Below, in pieces: positions 22,097 to 30,611 of a stretch of 48,932 nt of DNA; the first letter of the stretch is position 1; every line of letters begins with the position of its first letter. Under the pieces are notes generated by a model. It searched no databases. It saw only the letters and a list, made by a program, of their open reading frames with translations, and was not told where the DNA came from. The stretch comes from a virus (Duplodnaviria; Heunggongvirae; Uroviricota; Caudoviricetes): IMG/VR virus record IMGVR_UViG_640753024_000009; one strand, given 5' to 3'. The position numbers and the translations under genes were made by a program.

Positions 22097-22468
22097 TAAA
22101 AATCCTCACCGGAACCGGAAATACATAAAATGAAAAAATACTAAAAATGAGTGAGTTTTTGCGCGTCTACCGACCCTCGGTGTTTTGAATTTCGGAAAGG
22201 ACCCGCGACCAGGGGGGCTATATCCCTTTCAGGACAGGAATCGGGGGCTCGCATCAGGTTCATCAAACTCGACTGTAGCCTCGCGGCGTACTTGTTTGCA
22301 TACATCAGCTTTGTGTATCTCATTATCAGCGTAAGCTTTCACTTTGGCAGCGAGCCATCCTTTTGCGCTGTATCGATAGACTACCGAACAAAGTTTTCCC
22401 TATGTGTATATATCTTGAAATTATTGATATTCTTACAGAAAAGCAACAACCATGAGCACACAAAAAAA

Positions 22469-22714
22469 ATGAACAAAGAAAAAATCGAAGCCTTAATGAG
22501 CGTAATATTAAAAGAAGCTGACCCCAAAAAATTTCCTGAGAAGTTATCAGAGGACGCCATCGTATCTTTTTATCGTGCGAACTCCTCTTACCTACATTGT
22601 CCAACTTTAAGAGAATGGTTAAGCGGCGAAGCAGAGCCTTCAGATGAGATACTTGAGGAGATTATGATTCAGAACAACTGGCGTGCAACTAAATGGTCAA
22701 ATCGGTTACCTTAA
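22469..22714 (+). CDS. Hypothetical small protein (81 aa), AT-rich moron between packaging and lysis regions
   Basis: In-frame ATG at 22469 within a longer GTG-initiated track ORF; followed by a hairpin terminator; no SD. Confidence 0.3.
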   Translation: MNKEKIEALMSVILKEADPKKFPEKLSEDAIVSFYRANSSYLHCPTLREWLSGEAEPSDEILEEIMIQNNWRATKWSNRLP

Positions 22715-22728
22715 CCTGTTGAATGTGT

Positions 22729-22761
22729 GCCGCCTTAAAACAAAAAGGCGGCCTCTCGTTT
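22729..22761 (+). terminator. Putative intrinsic terminator
   Basis: GCCGCCTT / AAGGCGGC stem with 9-nt loop followed by CTCTCGTTT, 15 nt after the stop at 22714. Confidence 0.35.
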
Positions 22762-22780
22762 AAGTAAAGCGTCTCTTTCA

Positions 22781-22960
22781 TCAGCCACCAGCTCTTTGGC
22801 ACATTGCGCAGTTGTTTTTTATACGTCGGCGAGCTGTTGCGAAGCTCAGTCCCTGCGCGTCACACCATTCTTTCGGTGATACACATGATTTGACGTACTC
22901 GGATAGGAACCGCTTCTGAAGTTCAAGCCCAGTCCCGGTTTGCCATTTGGAATTTTTCAT
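22781..22960 (-). CDS. Hypothetical 59-aa protein with HTH-like segment
   Basis: ORF below the track size cutoff, found by manual translation (MKNSKWQTGTGLELQKRFLSEYVKS...ATARRRIKNN); no SD. Confidence 0.2.
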   Translation of the reverse strand: MKNSKWQTGTGLELQKRFLSEYVKSCVSPKEWCDAQGLSFATARRRIKNNCAMCQRAGG

Positions 22961-22999
22961 TAACTTGTTATTCTTAAATCAATTCTCTGGAGGCTAAAA

Positions 23000-23470
23000 A
23001 TGAATGAACTGGTTTTGACAATACTCAAACTCGCAGCAACAACTGCTACCTCGAATATCATTGGTTTTGACGTTAGAGATATTAGTGTTCGCGATACCAG
23101 AAATCCTACATTCCCAGTAGAGAGCGAGGAGATTACAGCTGAGGCTCTACATTCCTATTCAAAAATCGAGCAAGAACTTGCCATCGCCAGACGCACTTTA
23201 ATCTCTGAAACTGTCGAAATAGAAGAATATTACGGCAACTCGCTGAAGGGCGACGTAGGCGCGAAAGTTAGCGCTACCGATGTCGGTCTGGCAGCAAGCG
23301 CTGAAAAAGGAAAAGTTACGAAACGCATTATCAAATTCACTGGATTTAACTCTGAAACCGAATCAATACTTAATGCAATGGAAGCATCTCTCCTTTCGAA
23401 GTTGAAAGCTGAGCTTTCTGCCAAGAAAGATAGCGAAGCAGCAGAGTCGAGCATTATCGTCAAAGAATAA
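23000..23470 (+). CDS. Hypothetical protein (156 aa)
   Basis: GGAGG 7 nt upstream of ATG; followed by a strong hairpin terminator; opposite strand to phage backbone. Confidence 0.5.
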   Translation: MNELVLTILKLAATTATSNIIGFDVRDISVRDTRNPTFPVESEEITAEALHSYSKIEQELAIARRTLISETVEIEEYYGNSLKGDVGAKVSATDVGLAASAEKGKVTKRIIKFTGFNSETESILNAMEASLLSKLKAELSAKKDSEAAESSIIVKE

Positions 23471-23513
23471 TGATAAATGCCATTACTATATGTCTTCCCA
23501 TGGTGATGGCAAT

Positions 23514-23540
23514 AAAAACCGCCCATAGGCGGTTTGATTT
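23514..23540. terminator. Bidirectional intrinsic terminator between convergent genes
   Basis: AACCGCC-CATA-GGCGGTT perfect hairpin with A-run upstream and T-run downstream, so U-tracts follow the stem on both strands. Confidence 0.55.
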
Positions 23541-23543
23541 CAC

Positions 23544-23792
23544 TTAGCAATCGACCAGATAGTCGTCTATATTTGATACACTTGCATAATTGCGGTCATC
23601 TGGTAATGGAAACAATGGATTATAAATAACCCATTGCGCCTCAGACATTCCATCCTGGCCTTGCTCGTTCTTACAAGAGCGCAGTTTATAGTGAATAATT
23701 TGTTCTACGTTGCTATATTCATTTCTTGCATAAATCTCATACTTATTATTACCTGGCAATAGCAATGTCTTAACAAGTTTTAACTTAGGCAT
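23544..23792 (-). CDS. Hypothetical protein (82 aa)
   Basis: ORF ending at the bidirectional terminator. Confidence 0.4.
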   Translation of the reverse strand: MPKLKLVKTLLLPGNNKYEIYARNEYSNVEQIIHYKLRSCKNEQGQDGMSEAQWVIYNPLFPLPDDRNYASVSNIDDYLVDC

Positions 23793-23893
23793 AATATTTC
23801 CTTATGTCACATTAGTGAACCATATAGTTTTTCTATAATGCCAACTCGTAAACCTAATTCAAGGTACTTAATATCGAAAACAGCAAGTTACAA

Positions 23894-24085
23894 TCACTTT
23901 GACTGGCAAGCCGTTACGACACCAGTTGAATCAATACAACCACCGTCCGCAGTGGTAATTTTCGTACCCGGCGCGATCATCACGTGTTTAATGCTGCTGC
24001 CGTCAGCGCGAGTCGCTTCGGTGTATGTCGAATGTGTACAGCCTGCCATCGTGAAGAACGCGACAGCTAAGAGAAGTTTTTTCAC
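23894..24085 (-). CDS. Small lipoprotein downstream of endolysin (possible o-spanin-like)
   Basis: 63 aa; signal peptide with lipobox LAVAFFTMAGC; position immediately after the endolysin gene. Confidence 0.45.
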   Translation of the reverse strand: MKKLLLAVAFFTMAGCTHSTYTEATRADGSSIKHVMIAPGTKITTADGGCIDSTGVVTACQSK

Positions 24086-24092
24086 GTTTTAC

Positions 24093-24572
24093 CTACGCTT
24101 CTGAGATAGATTTCTCAGCATTCACGAATGGAAGTGATTGTGGAACATCAGTTTGGCCTGCTGGCCAGCGGTAGCCTGTTACGCGGGAACGAGGAAAAGC
24201 TTTGATATTTACTTCATCTGCCTGGTTACCACCCAAAATCATTAAATCCCCGGCGGCATTTTTCCCGACAACAAAGCCAACGTGACCACCGCCAGACCGA
24301 GACAGAATAGCAATGCATCCATAGGCGGGTTCCTTCAGTTCATTACCCCAATCGAGATAAGAATTCGCAGACTCAAAACGCGTTGAGCGAATACCTACAC
24401 GTTCCAGCATTGCTCCGGTGAAGGCAGCGCACCACGGGGTTTCATCATCCTTAATGCCGCCGCGTTTGATATCTTTCCAGTACTGCACAATTTCTGCAGC
24501 ATGTTGCTTCCCTTTCATTTCCCGAATGCCGAGATTTTTTCGTGCCTCAATTAGCCATTTAGGATCGGTCAT
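24093..24572 (-). CDS. Putative endolysin, papain-fold cysteine peptidase type
   Basis: 159 aa; candidate catalytic Cys (ETPWCAAF) and His (GGGHVGFVVG) with spacing typical of CHAP/NlpC-P60 folds; sits between holin and lipoprotein. Confidence 0.5.
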   Translation of the reverse strand: MTDPKWLIEARKNLGIREMKGKQHAAEIVQYWKDIKRGGIKDDETPWCAAFTGAMLERVGIRSTRFESANSYLDWGNELKEPAYGCIAILSRSGGGHVGFVVGKNAAGDLMILGGNQADEVNIKAFPRSRVTGYRWPAGQTDVPQSLPFVNAEKSISEA

Positions 24573-24755
24573 TACCTGTCTCCTGTTATTTTTGAAATAT
24601 TCCCTCGTGCCCGCCAGACAGCAATACAGATGGTGAGATTGAGAAAGAACTCTGCGGGATCAACCTGCGTATATTTCCCGTAAAAAATTCGTAGGGCTAT
24701 CCACGCAGCAGACAGATAATTGCATTGGCATTAATGAGGACAGAGTGCAGGGTCA

Positions 24756-25139
24756 TTATTTCATCCCCTTATCTGATTTCCATAAACGAGCTTGTGACAT
24801 GATCCGCAACAGTGATGTAACGCTGATTACTGATGCAACCAGTGCACCAATGGCGGGAGAGACTTTTACTGTTACGGGAGGGTTCAGGTGACTCAGCACC
24901 GCGTTCAGAATACCGGTAATGATGGCTGACGCTGTCTCAGCGCAATACACACCGCCAACAAACGAAATGAGTGCGAAAATAACCTGCTTCCAGAATCGAT
25001 GCTGCCCGGACGACAACACATAGAGAGCTGCGCCAGCCAGCGCACAGATCATCACTGCAGGTGTTGCCTCAGGAAATAACGCAGCAAACGTCACCCCCGC
25101 CGAGCCAGCAGCAACGCCAGCGGTTAGAGGTTCAGACAT
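24756..25139 (-). CDS. Putative holin
   Basis: 127 aa from internal ATG at 25139 (AGGA 7 nt upstream); multiple hydrophobic helices and charged C-terminus; immediately downstream of Q. Confidence 0.5.
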   Translation of the reverse strand: MSEPLTAGVAAGSAGVTFAALFPEATPAVMICALAGAALYVLSSGQHRFWKQVIFALISFVGGVYCAETASAIITGILNAVLSHLNPPVTVKVSPAIGALVASVISVTSLLRIMSQARLWKSDKGMK

Positions 25140-25251
25140 GATTTTTCCTGATTCAGAAACGACAAAACCCCGCCGTGGCGAGGTTCTTAGAAATTTGGCA
25201 ACATACCAAATTAGCGTTAAATATGGTCTATTTTGTTCGGTTTTGCAAGCA

Positions 25252-25923
25252 TTATACGCAAACATCGTCTAAATGGTTCTGATAGTGATGCAAAGTTGCA
25301 AGAAGTGCCATTTCATCAAGTGCTCTCACCGCCTCTTTCATTCCTGCCCAGTGCGGGGAGTATGTTTCGCACCAGGTGGAACGAGAAACAGACAACATTC
25401 CAGCTAGCGCAGACCCGGCCATCTCCTTAAAATCCTCGCGTTTATTTGCTGCTGCAACCGCCTGCACGGACAACCACACCAACGAAAGCAGGCGCTTAAC
25501 TACTTTTCTCTGAGTTGACGCGGGGATGTGTCCTTTATAGCGACTCCAGGCAGCCTCACAAATAGCTGTTTGGTGTTTGAATGCCAGGTTACCACCGTAG
25601 CAATAACGCAACCACGCTTGCTGACTTGCATCCAGCGAGTTCACAGAACGCCGCCAGGATGAATCAGCAAATTCAAAATCATTCATCGGCGGCGCGGGGC
25701 GACGTCTGCTAAAACTTTCCAGAGCGTAAACTGGCGTAACCAGAGCATCAACGGTCCGGTCCTCCAGTTGCACACGATGAATATGTTTGCGTGGGTATGC
25801 GTTTTTATCTGCCGGTGGGTGCTCACACAATGCTTCCAGTTGCCCCTTAGAACCACCAGACAAATCCCGCAATACAGCGCGCAGTTTTATGCGGGTATAT
25901 TCCAATAAATACTCGTTACTCAT
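25252..25923 (-). CDS. Late-gene antiterminator, Q-like
   Basis: 223-aa protein immediately upstream of the lysis cassette and downstream of YbcO-like gene; assignment by position and size. Confidence 0.5.
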   Translation of the reverse strand: MSNEYLLEYTRIKLRAVLRDLSGGSKGQLEALCEHPPADKNAYPRKHIHRVQLEDRTVDALVTPVYALESFSRRRPAPPMNDFEFADSSWRRSVNSLDASQQAWLRYCYGGNLAFKHQTAICEAAWSRYKGHIPASTQRKVVKRLLSLVWLSVQAVAAANKREDFKEMAGSALAGMLSVSRSTWCETYSPHWAGMKEAVRALDEMALLATLHHYQNHLDDVCV

Positions 25924-26216
25924 CAGATAAACTCCTCATCGCGCCAGATAGCCAGTGTTCTGAAAACTCCCTCAGCGTGCATCAACAACAATGAGTCGTG
26001 CTCGTAATCCGTTTTTGTACGTCCGTCGATGGCATCGTGACACGCACTACAGGCGATAGCGCCCTGCATATCGTGAGGTTTGATGGCTGTGCCGCACGTT
26101 CCGGCGAGACGATAATGAGCCAGTACGCTGGTTTCAGGATTGTGATTGCACACACCGGGGATACGCACAGTACAAGCGCGACCACGTGCAGCTTTTCTCA
26201 GGTCGATTTTTTTCAT
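25923..26216 (-). CDS. YbcO-like Cys-rich protein (DUF1364 family, nin region)
   Basis: 97 aa; LRKAARGRACTVRIPGVCNHNPETSVLAHYRL...ACSACHD matches the YbcO family of lambdoid prophages. Confidence 0.75.
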   Translation of the reverse strand: MKKIDLRKAARGRACTVRIPGVCNHNPETSVLAHYRLAGTCGTAIKPHDMQGAIACSACHDAIDGRTKTDYEHDSLLLMHAEGVFRTLAIWRDEEFI

Positions 26217-26809
26217 GATGTGTAATCCAGCAGCTGCGCGGCAGCATTTTCAGCAGCCTCCTGAGAGGCAAACGTGCGGAACAAAATATAATTCCACAGC
26301 ACATCTAAAACGGCTGAATACAGTTGACCGAACTCAAGATCGTCCATCGCAGCAAACGAGATTGAACGAGGTACGCGCATCAAACTGCCGTCTGGCATCT
26401 GATGAACGTCATAAAACCCAGCTTCCATAATCGCCCATGCGCGAAACGCCTCGAACGACTTCACCGCACTGATATTCCCCGCGCGCTTTTCCGACTCATC
26501 GAGAAGATACTGATCAGCCAGCTCTGCCATGACATCACCGTGTCCACCGTAATACGCCAGTAACTTAACGTAGCCGTGAACCAGTTCGCGCTCCGCAGGA
26601 GAAATAGCCCCTCCGGACGGATGCCAGTAATCAAAGCCCAGGTTGAGAAGTGAGAAAAATTTACGGTGAAACGCGGGATTGCGTGCCTGTTTGAAATCTG
26701 CATACACAACAGCACCTGGTTTGACTCGTTCAGTCAACCAGCGTTGCGTGTCTGGTGTCGCGGGTATTAGCGAACCGCCGGATACCCTGATAAATGAATG
26801 CTGCGCCAT
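26213..26809 (-). CDS. Conserved nin-region phage protein, function unknown
   Basis: 198-aa ORF with 4-nt overlap to the YbcO-like gene. Confidence 0.45.
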   Translation of the reverse strand: MAQHSFIRVSGGSLIPATPDTQRWLTERVKPGAVVYADFKQARNPAFHRKFFSLLNLGFDYWHPSGGAISPAERELVHGYVKLLAYYGGHGDVMAELADQYLLDESEKRAGNISAVKSFEAFRAWAIMEAGFYDVHQMPDGSLMRVPRSISFAAMDDLEFGQLYSAVLDVLWNYILFRTFASQEAAENAAAQLLDYTS

Positions 26810-26886
26810 GGTTAACTCCAGGTGGCGCGGCAGTGTTCAGAAAATGGTGCCGGGTGTTCAATCCAGCACCGATATTATACCGTGTT

Positions 26887-27066
26887 TTACGCGTCAGGGG
26901 GTGTAATAGTATATCCAGCTATTTCTGCCAACTCGAGAAACGCCATCAGGCTGGCAATCCGTTCATCATCAGTCAGAACACGCACACCAACGATGTGTCC
27001 GTCCTTACGCTTGATAACAGCCCGGCATGTTTCCGGTAGTTCGCCTATAGATTCTTGAATATTCAT
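26887..27066 (-). CDS. Hypothetical small protein (59 aa)
   Basis: Below track cutoff; found by manual translation (MNIQESIGELPETCRAVIKRKDGHIVGVRVLTDDERIASLMAFLELAEIAGYTITPPDA); strong SD GGGGGAAG upstream of ATG at 27066. Confidence 0.35.
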   Translation of the reverse strand: MNIQESIGELPETCRAVIKRKDGHIVGVRVLTDDERIASLMAFLELAEIAGYTITPPDA

Positions 27067-27217
27067 GTCTTCCCCCTAACGCCATTACCTGTACATTTAT
27101 ACAGTATTTTATGGCATTTGTCATAACGCCAGATACAATGAGGGAATAATGAACAATTATATTCACGTCGTGAATTTTATTAAACGGTTTTATAGGGGAT
27201 TAAACCGTTTATGGTCA

Positions 27218-27859
27218 TTATTTATCACTCCTGTAAATTGAAATTAACCATTTTCTAATCGTCGACGCTGCAGGTGGGTCAGAGTATTTCGCCACAAAAA
27301 TACCGGATATGTATTGCACACCACGCGATAATGGCGCTGTCGGGTTTTCAGTAAAAAAACGATCAGCCAGTTCAATGGCTTCGCTTTTTAATCTGTGCTG
27401 TGGTCGTCCTCCGCCCTTAGTGCCAAGGTAACGCGCCAGTTGTTTGAAACGGTAGGCGATGATTAACGGTCGCATCATCATATTGAAAAAATCGCGGGCA
27501 TCGTTGTCAGCGCCTTGCGCTATCAACAGTGCAAAAAACAGATACGGGATTGTGTACACTTCAGGAGATATACGAACCCGTTCACAAGTTGGTGGAGCCA
27601 ACTCAATAAGTAAGTCAGCCAGCGGATTCCCCTTTTCTCCACGTTTGTAATAGCGATACAGCGGCCCGATATCAAGTTCACTCGCGTCGATTTCAGGATG
27701 CCTGGTAACGGCTGTACGTATCTCTTCTGCCAGAGCGTCAAATATTGCCCCGGTCCGCTCAAGATAGAGCCTCCGGGTCGAGCCGCGATCATCCAGAGCT
27801 CGTAACATATCTAATCGGCTAACGAAAGTTTCAGGCCAGTCCTCATAGAGGGTTTTCAT
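27218..27859 (-). CDS. Hypothetical protein (213 aa), first backbone-strand gene after the accessory island
   Basis: GAGG 6 nt upstream of ATG at 27859; preceded by an intrinsic terminator; no recognised motif. Confidence 0.5.
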   Translation of the reverse strand: MKTLYEDWPETFVSRLDMLRALDDRGSTRRLYLERTGAIFDALAEEIRTAVTRHPEIDASELDIGPLYRYYKRGEKGNPLADLLIELAPPTCERVRISPEVYTIPYLFFALLIAQGADNDARDFFNMMMRPLIIAYRFKQLARYLGTKGGGRPQHRLKSEAIELADRFFTENPTAPLSRGVQYISGIFVAKYSDPPAASTIRKWLISIYRSDK

Positions 27860-27927
27860 AATTACCTCGAATAATAAAACTGCATTATTTGCACAATTTA
27901 TTATTCGTTTTCACATCGTGAAGTCTA

Positions 27928-27954
27928 TAAAAAAGAAGACCCGCCGAAGCGGGT
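27928..27954 (-). terminator. Intrinsic terminator (minus strand)
   Basis: ACCCGC-TTCG-GCGGGT hairpin followed by CTTCTTTTTT on the minus strand. Confidence 0.5.
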
Positions 27955-28368
27955 TAGTAAATCATTTGTGCCAAATTATAAGACCACACCGTAAGCTTTT
28001 ATATGCGTCCTATGGTTATAGCTCATATTATATGCTTCAAAAATATCTATTCTTTTGTTCTAACGTCAACACCTACCCTTAAAAGATTAATTCTCTAAGA
28101 ATGAGAGAATGTTGTGTGTATTAGATAAGATATGAGCTGACACATCTATGGCGTGAAGACAAATTTAATCTGACAGTCTACTTTGTTGCCAGAGCGGATA
28201 TCGCAAGCGTTAAGTCAGATATTTGAAAACGCATCGTTATCCTGGTTGGGATACTTGCACTACTTTTAGGCGTACTGCTATCTTGCACAGTTATTCAAAG
28301 GTAATTTTTTCTTTATTAGTAGCCTACTTCCAGGGGCTTGTACAACTGACAAAACGAGGGAGATCCCC

Positions 28369-29148
28369 ATGAGCAACAAAGATTTTTCACTTTTTTATTT
28401 TGCAACCATTGATCGGTCTTACTTCCTCGACAAACACAATTTTTATGTTGCTGAAGCCAGAAAGCGTCTATTTTCGCAGTTTAGCGATTCTGATCTTGAA
28501 GCTGAAGCCAGGCAGAGAGAACAAGATTACTATGAGGCCGCCGGTAAGCGTTTTGACCCCGATTATGACGACGAAGGGGCTATCTGTGAACAGGCTCATG
28601 ATGAAGGAATTTCACATTGGATTGCTCTCAGTGATATGAAAAATACGGTTTCACTTGCTCTGACAGCAGGAATGTTTCATCAGTTCGACAAGGAACTTAG
28701 AGAGAAGTGTATCAGAGAATTCAGCCATTGGCTCGACGCTAAATCCGTAACATCGATGATCTGGGACATTAGCTTCCCAAGGCTAATTGAAATTCTAGAA
28801 TGGATTGGGATGGATATCACCAGCAAGGCTTATTACGAAAAAATCGATGCCTGTCGCCAAGTGGTTAATGTTTATAAGCACGGTGATGGCCATGCCCATC
28901 GGGTGCTTTCCGTCGCGCATCCTGAGTATTATCAGGATATCAATATTCCAAGAGGCTACAGATTTAGTCTACGTCATGAGCAACTTGAGGTTACAGAAAC
29001 ACAGTTTATAGAGTTTGCAGATGCGATTACAGCTTTCTGGAATGATATCCCAACATACTGTATGCGCTCAGCTATTCGGGAAGAACCTGAATGGATAAAA
29101 GGCGAATATAAAAAACATGAGAAGAAAGTTAAAATGCTTCAGGACTAA
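28369..29148 (+). CDS. Hypothetical protein (259 aa), accessory island cargo
   Basis: SD GAGGGA 8 nt upstream of ATG at 28369; opposite strand to phage backbone; no recognised domain. Confidence 0.55.
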   Translation: MSNKDFSLFYFATIDRSYFLDKHNFYVAEARKRLFSQFSDSDLEAEARQREQDYYEAAGKRFDPDYDDEGAICEQAHDEGISHWIALSDMKNTVSLALTAGMFHQFDKELREKCIREFSHWLDAKSVTSMIWDISFPRLIEILEWIGMDITSKAYYEKIDACRQVVNVYKHGDGHAHRVLSVAHPEYYQDINIPRGYRFSLRHEQLEVTETQFIEFADAITAFWNDIPTYCMRSAIREEPEWIKGEYKKHEKKVKMLQD

Positions 29149-29233
29149 AATTCTTGATAATAGCAAGTGTATCCTACATGTAGACATTTGCCTGCCGTGT
29201 CTTTTAGCTACCCTAGCTGCGAGAACAATTACG

Positions 29234-29339
29234 AACTTCCGCTCCTCGCTCACAGCGAACTTTCAACTCAGTTAGCTTGCCCGCTTCGTACCAAAAGCGG
29301 GCATTGCTAACATCTATCTCCATCAATCTGTGGGAACAG
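29234..29339 (+). repeat. Structured island repeat, copy 1
   Basis: Shares CTCGCTCACAGCG box (29245-29257), hairpin GCCCGCTT...AAGCGGGC (29279-29302), GCTAACA and GTGGGAACAG boxes with copies 2 and 3. Confidence 0.7.
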
Positions 29340-29626
29340 CTCGCCGTAATAGCACATTGAATCCTATGTCTAAAAGCAGATGTTCTGGTTTGCCGGGAAA
29401 TTTACAAAATGACGGCGTCTCTTGTTAGAGGTTCTCCCTGCTTCACACTGCTGATTCTTCATGGATTTTAGTATAATTAGTGAAAAAAATTTTTTTGGTT
29501 GTTATCATATACATGAGGACTTCTTCAGAAGAACTGAGAAAAATTCGGGGTTCACTTAACACAATGACAATTAAGAAGATTAACTGTCTGGTAAGTGATT
29601 ATTTTATTCATTAAAAAACAAACATC

Positions 29627-30289
29627 ATGATAATTGACTTTATAAAAAGCAAGGAAGCCTTGCTAATATTGGCAATAACTGTTCTATCTTATATGTCTGC
29701 AATTTCATTTGAATATGGCTATGCATATCATTTTGATTATCCTATGGAGTTTATAACGTTAGATTCTAAATTTTTATTCGTGGGTATGTCATATTTATTT
29801 TTTAATATAATTTGTGTTATGTTGATGTTTTTTACTCCATGGCCTGAAAGTAAAGTAAAAGCAGTTAAAGTTACTGCAGTTACAGTTTTTATCATGATTG
29901 TTTTTATTGTTCAGTCTTATAGACATAAGACTGAATATGGTGGTTTTTTCGTTTTAAGTTTATCGATAGCAACAGTTACTTATATTATATACAAAATTGT
30001 TAAAAATCATAAACGTAATCCAAGTTATTTAATTTGGTCTGCAACCCTTCCCCTTATTGCCATAATGACATTTAGTTTCTTAATTGGTTTACAACAAGCG
30101 TCATTAAAAAAAGAATTTAGTTACTTTCATGATCAATCTAAAGACTACGTGATTATTAGGTTGTATGACGGTAACCTTGTCGCTAAAGAAGTAAATATAA
30201 AAGAGCGCAAGCTAGGGAGTGAGATATTATATATACCTAGCTATAACCCAGCCCCTATAACGTTAAATAAAATTAAAATAGAACAATAG
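29627..30289 (+). CDS. Multi-pass membrane protein (220 aa), very AT-rich
   Basis: At least four hydrophobic helices; low-GC coding sequence; flanked by repeat copies 1 and 2. Confidence 0.6.
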   Translation: MIIDFIKSKEALLILAITVLSYMSAISFEYGYAYHFDYPMEFITLDSKFLFVGMSYLFFNIICVMLMFFTPWPESKVKAVKVTAVTVFIMIVFIVQSYRHKTEYGGFFVLSLSIATVTYIIYKIVKNHKRNPSYLIWSATLPLIAIMTFSFLIGLQQASLKKEFSYFHDQSKDYVIIRLYDGNLVAKEVNIKERKLGSEILYIPSYNPAPITLNKIKIEQ

Positions 30290-30432
30290 ATTCATATAGT
30301 GGCCTTATGAAAAATAGGTCACTATCGTTGATATTTCATATGAATTTTTAACGACCTTGGTAGTAAAATTATCGTAAATCCCCTACATAACAAGACCATT
30401 TACTATAGATCTGTTTTACTCTCAATAAAATC

Positions 30433-30532
30433 AACTTCCGCTCCTCGCTCACAGCGGACCTTCAGTTTTTGTCCGCTTCGTGTCAGAAGCGGAAGTAGCT
30501 AACAACAGCCTATGTTGATTCAAGGGGAACAG
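30433..30532 (+). repeat. Structured island repeat, copy 2
   Basis: AACTTCCGCTCCTCGCTCACAGCG block identical to copy 1; hairpin TCCGCTTC...GAAGCGGA (30472-30493); GCTAACA; GGGGAACAG (30524-30532). Confidence 0.7.
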
Positions 30533-30611
30533 GTCACTGGGTTAATCTAATTATGTCCCTTTAGAACCATCTTTCTTAAGTGAATATATTTTCACTTTAT
30601 TTTCTACTGCC

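Noticed and set aside
22151-22468. Upstream extension of the 187-aa track ORF across the putative cos region
   Set aside because: Starts at GTG with no SD and runs through intergenic, packaging-site-like DNA; only the portion from ATG 22469 was kept, at low confidence.
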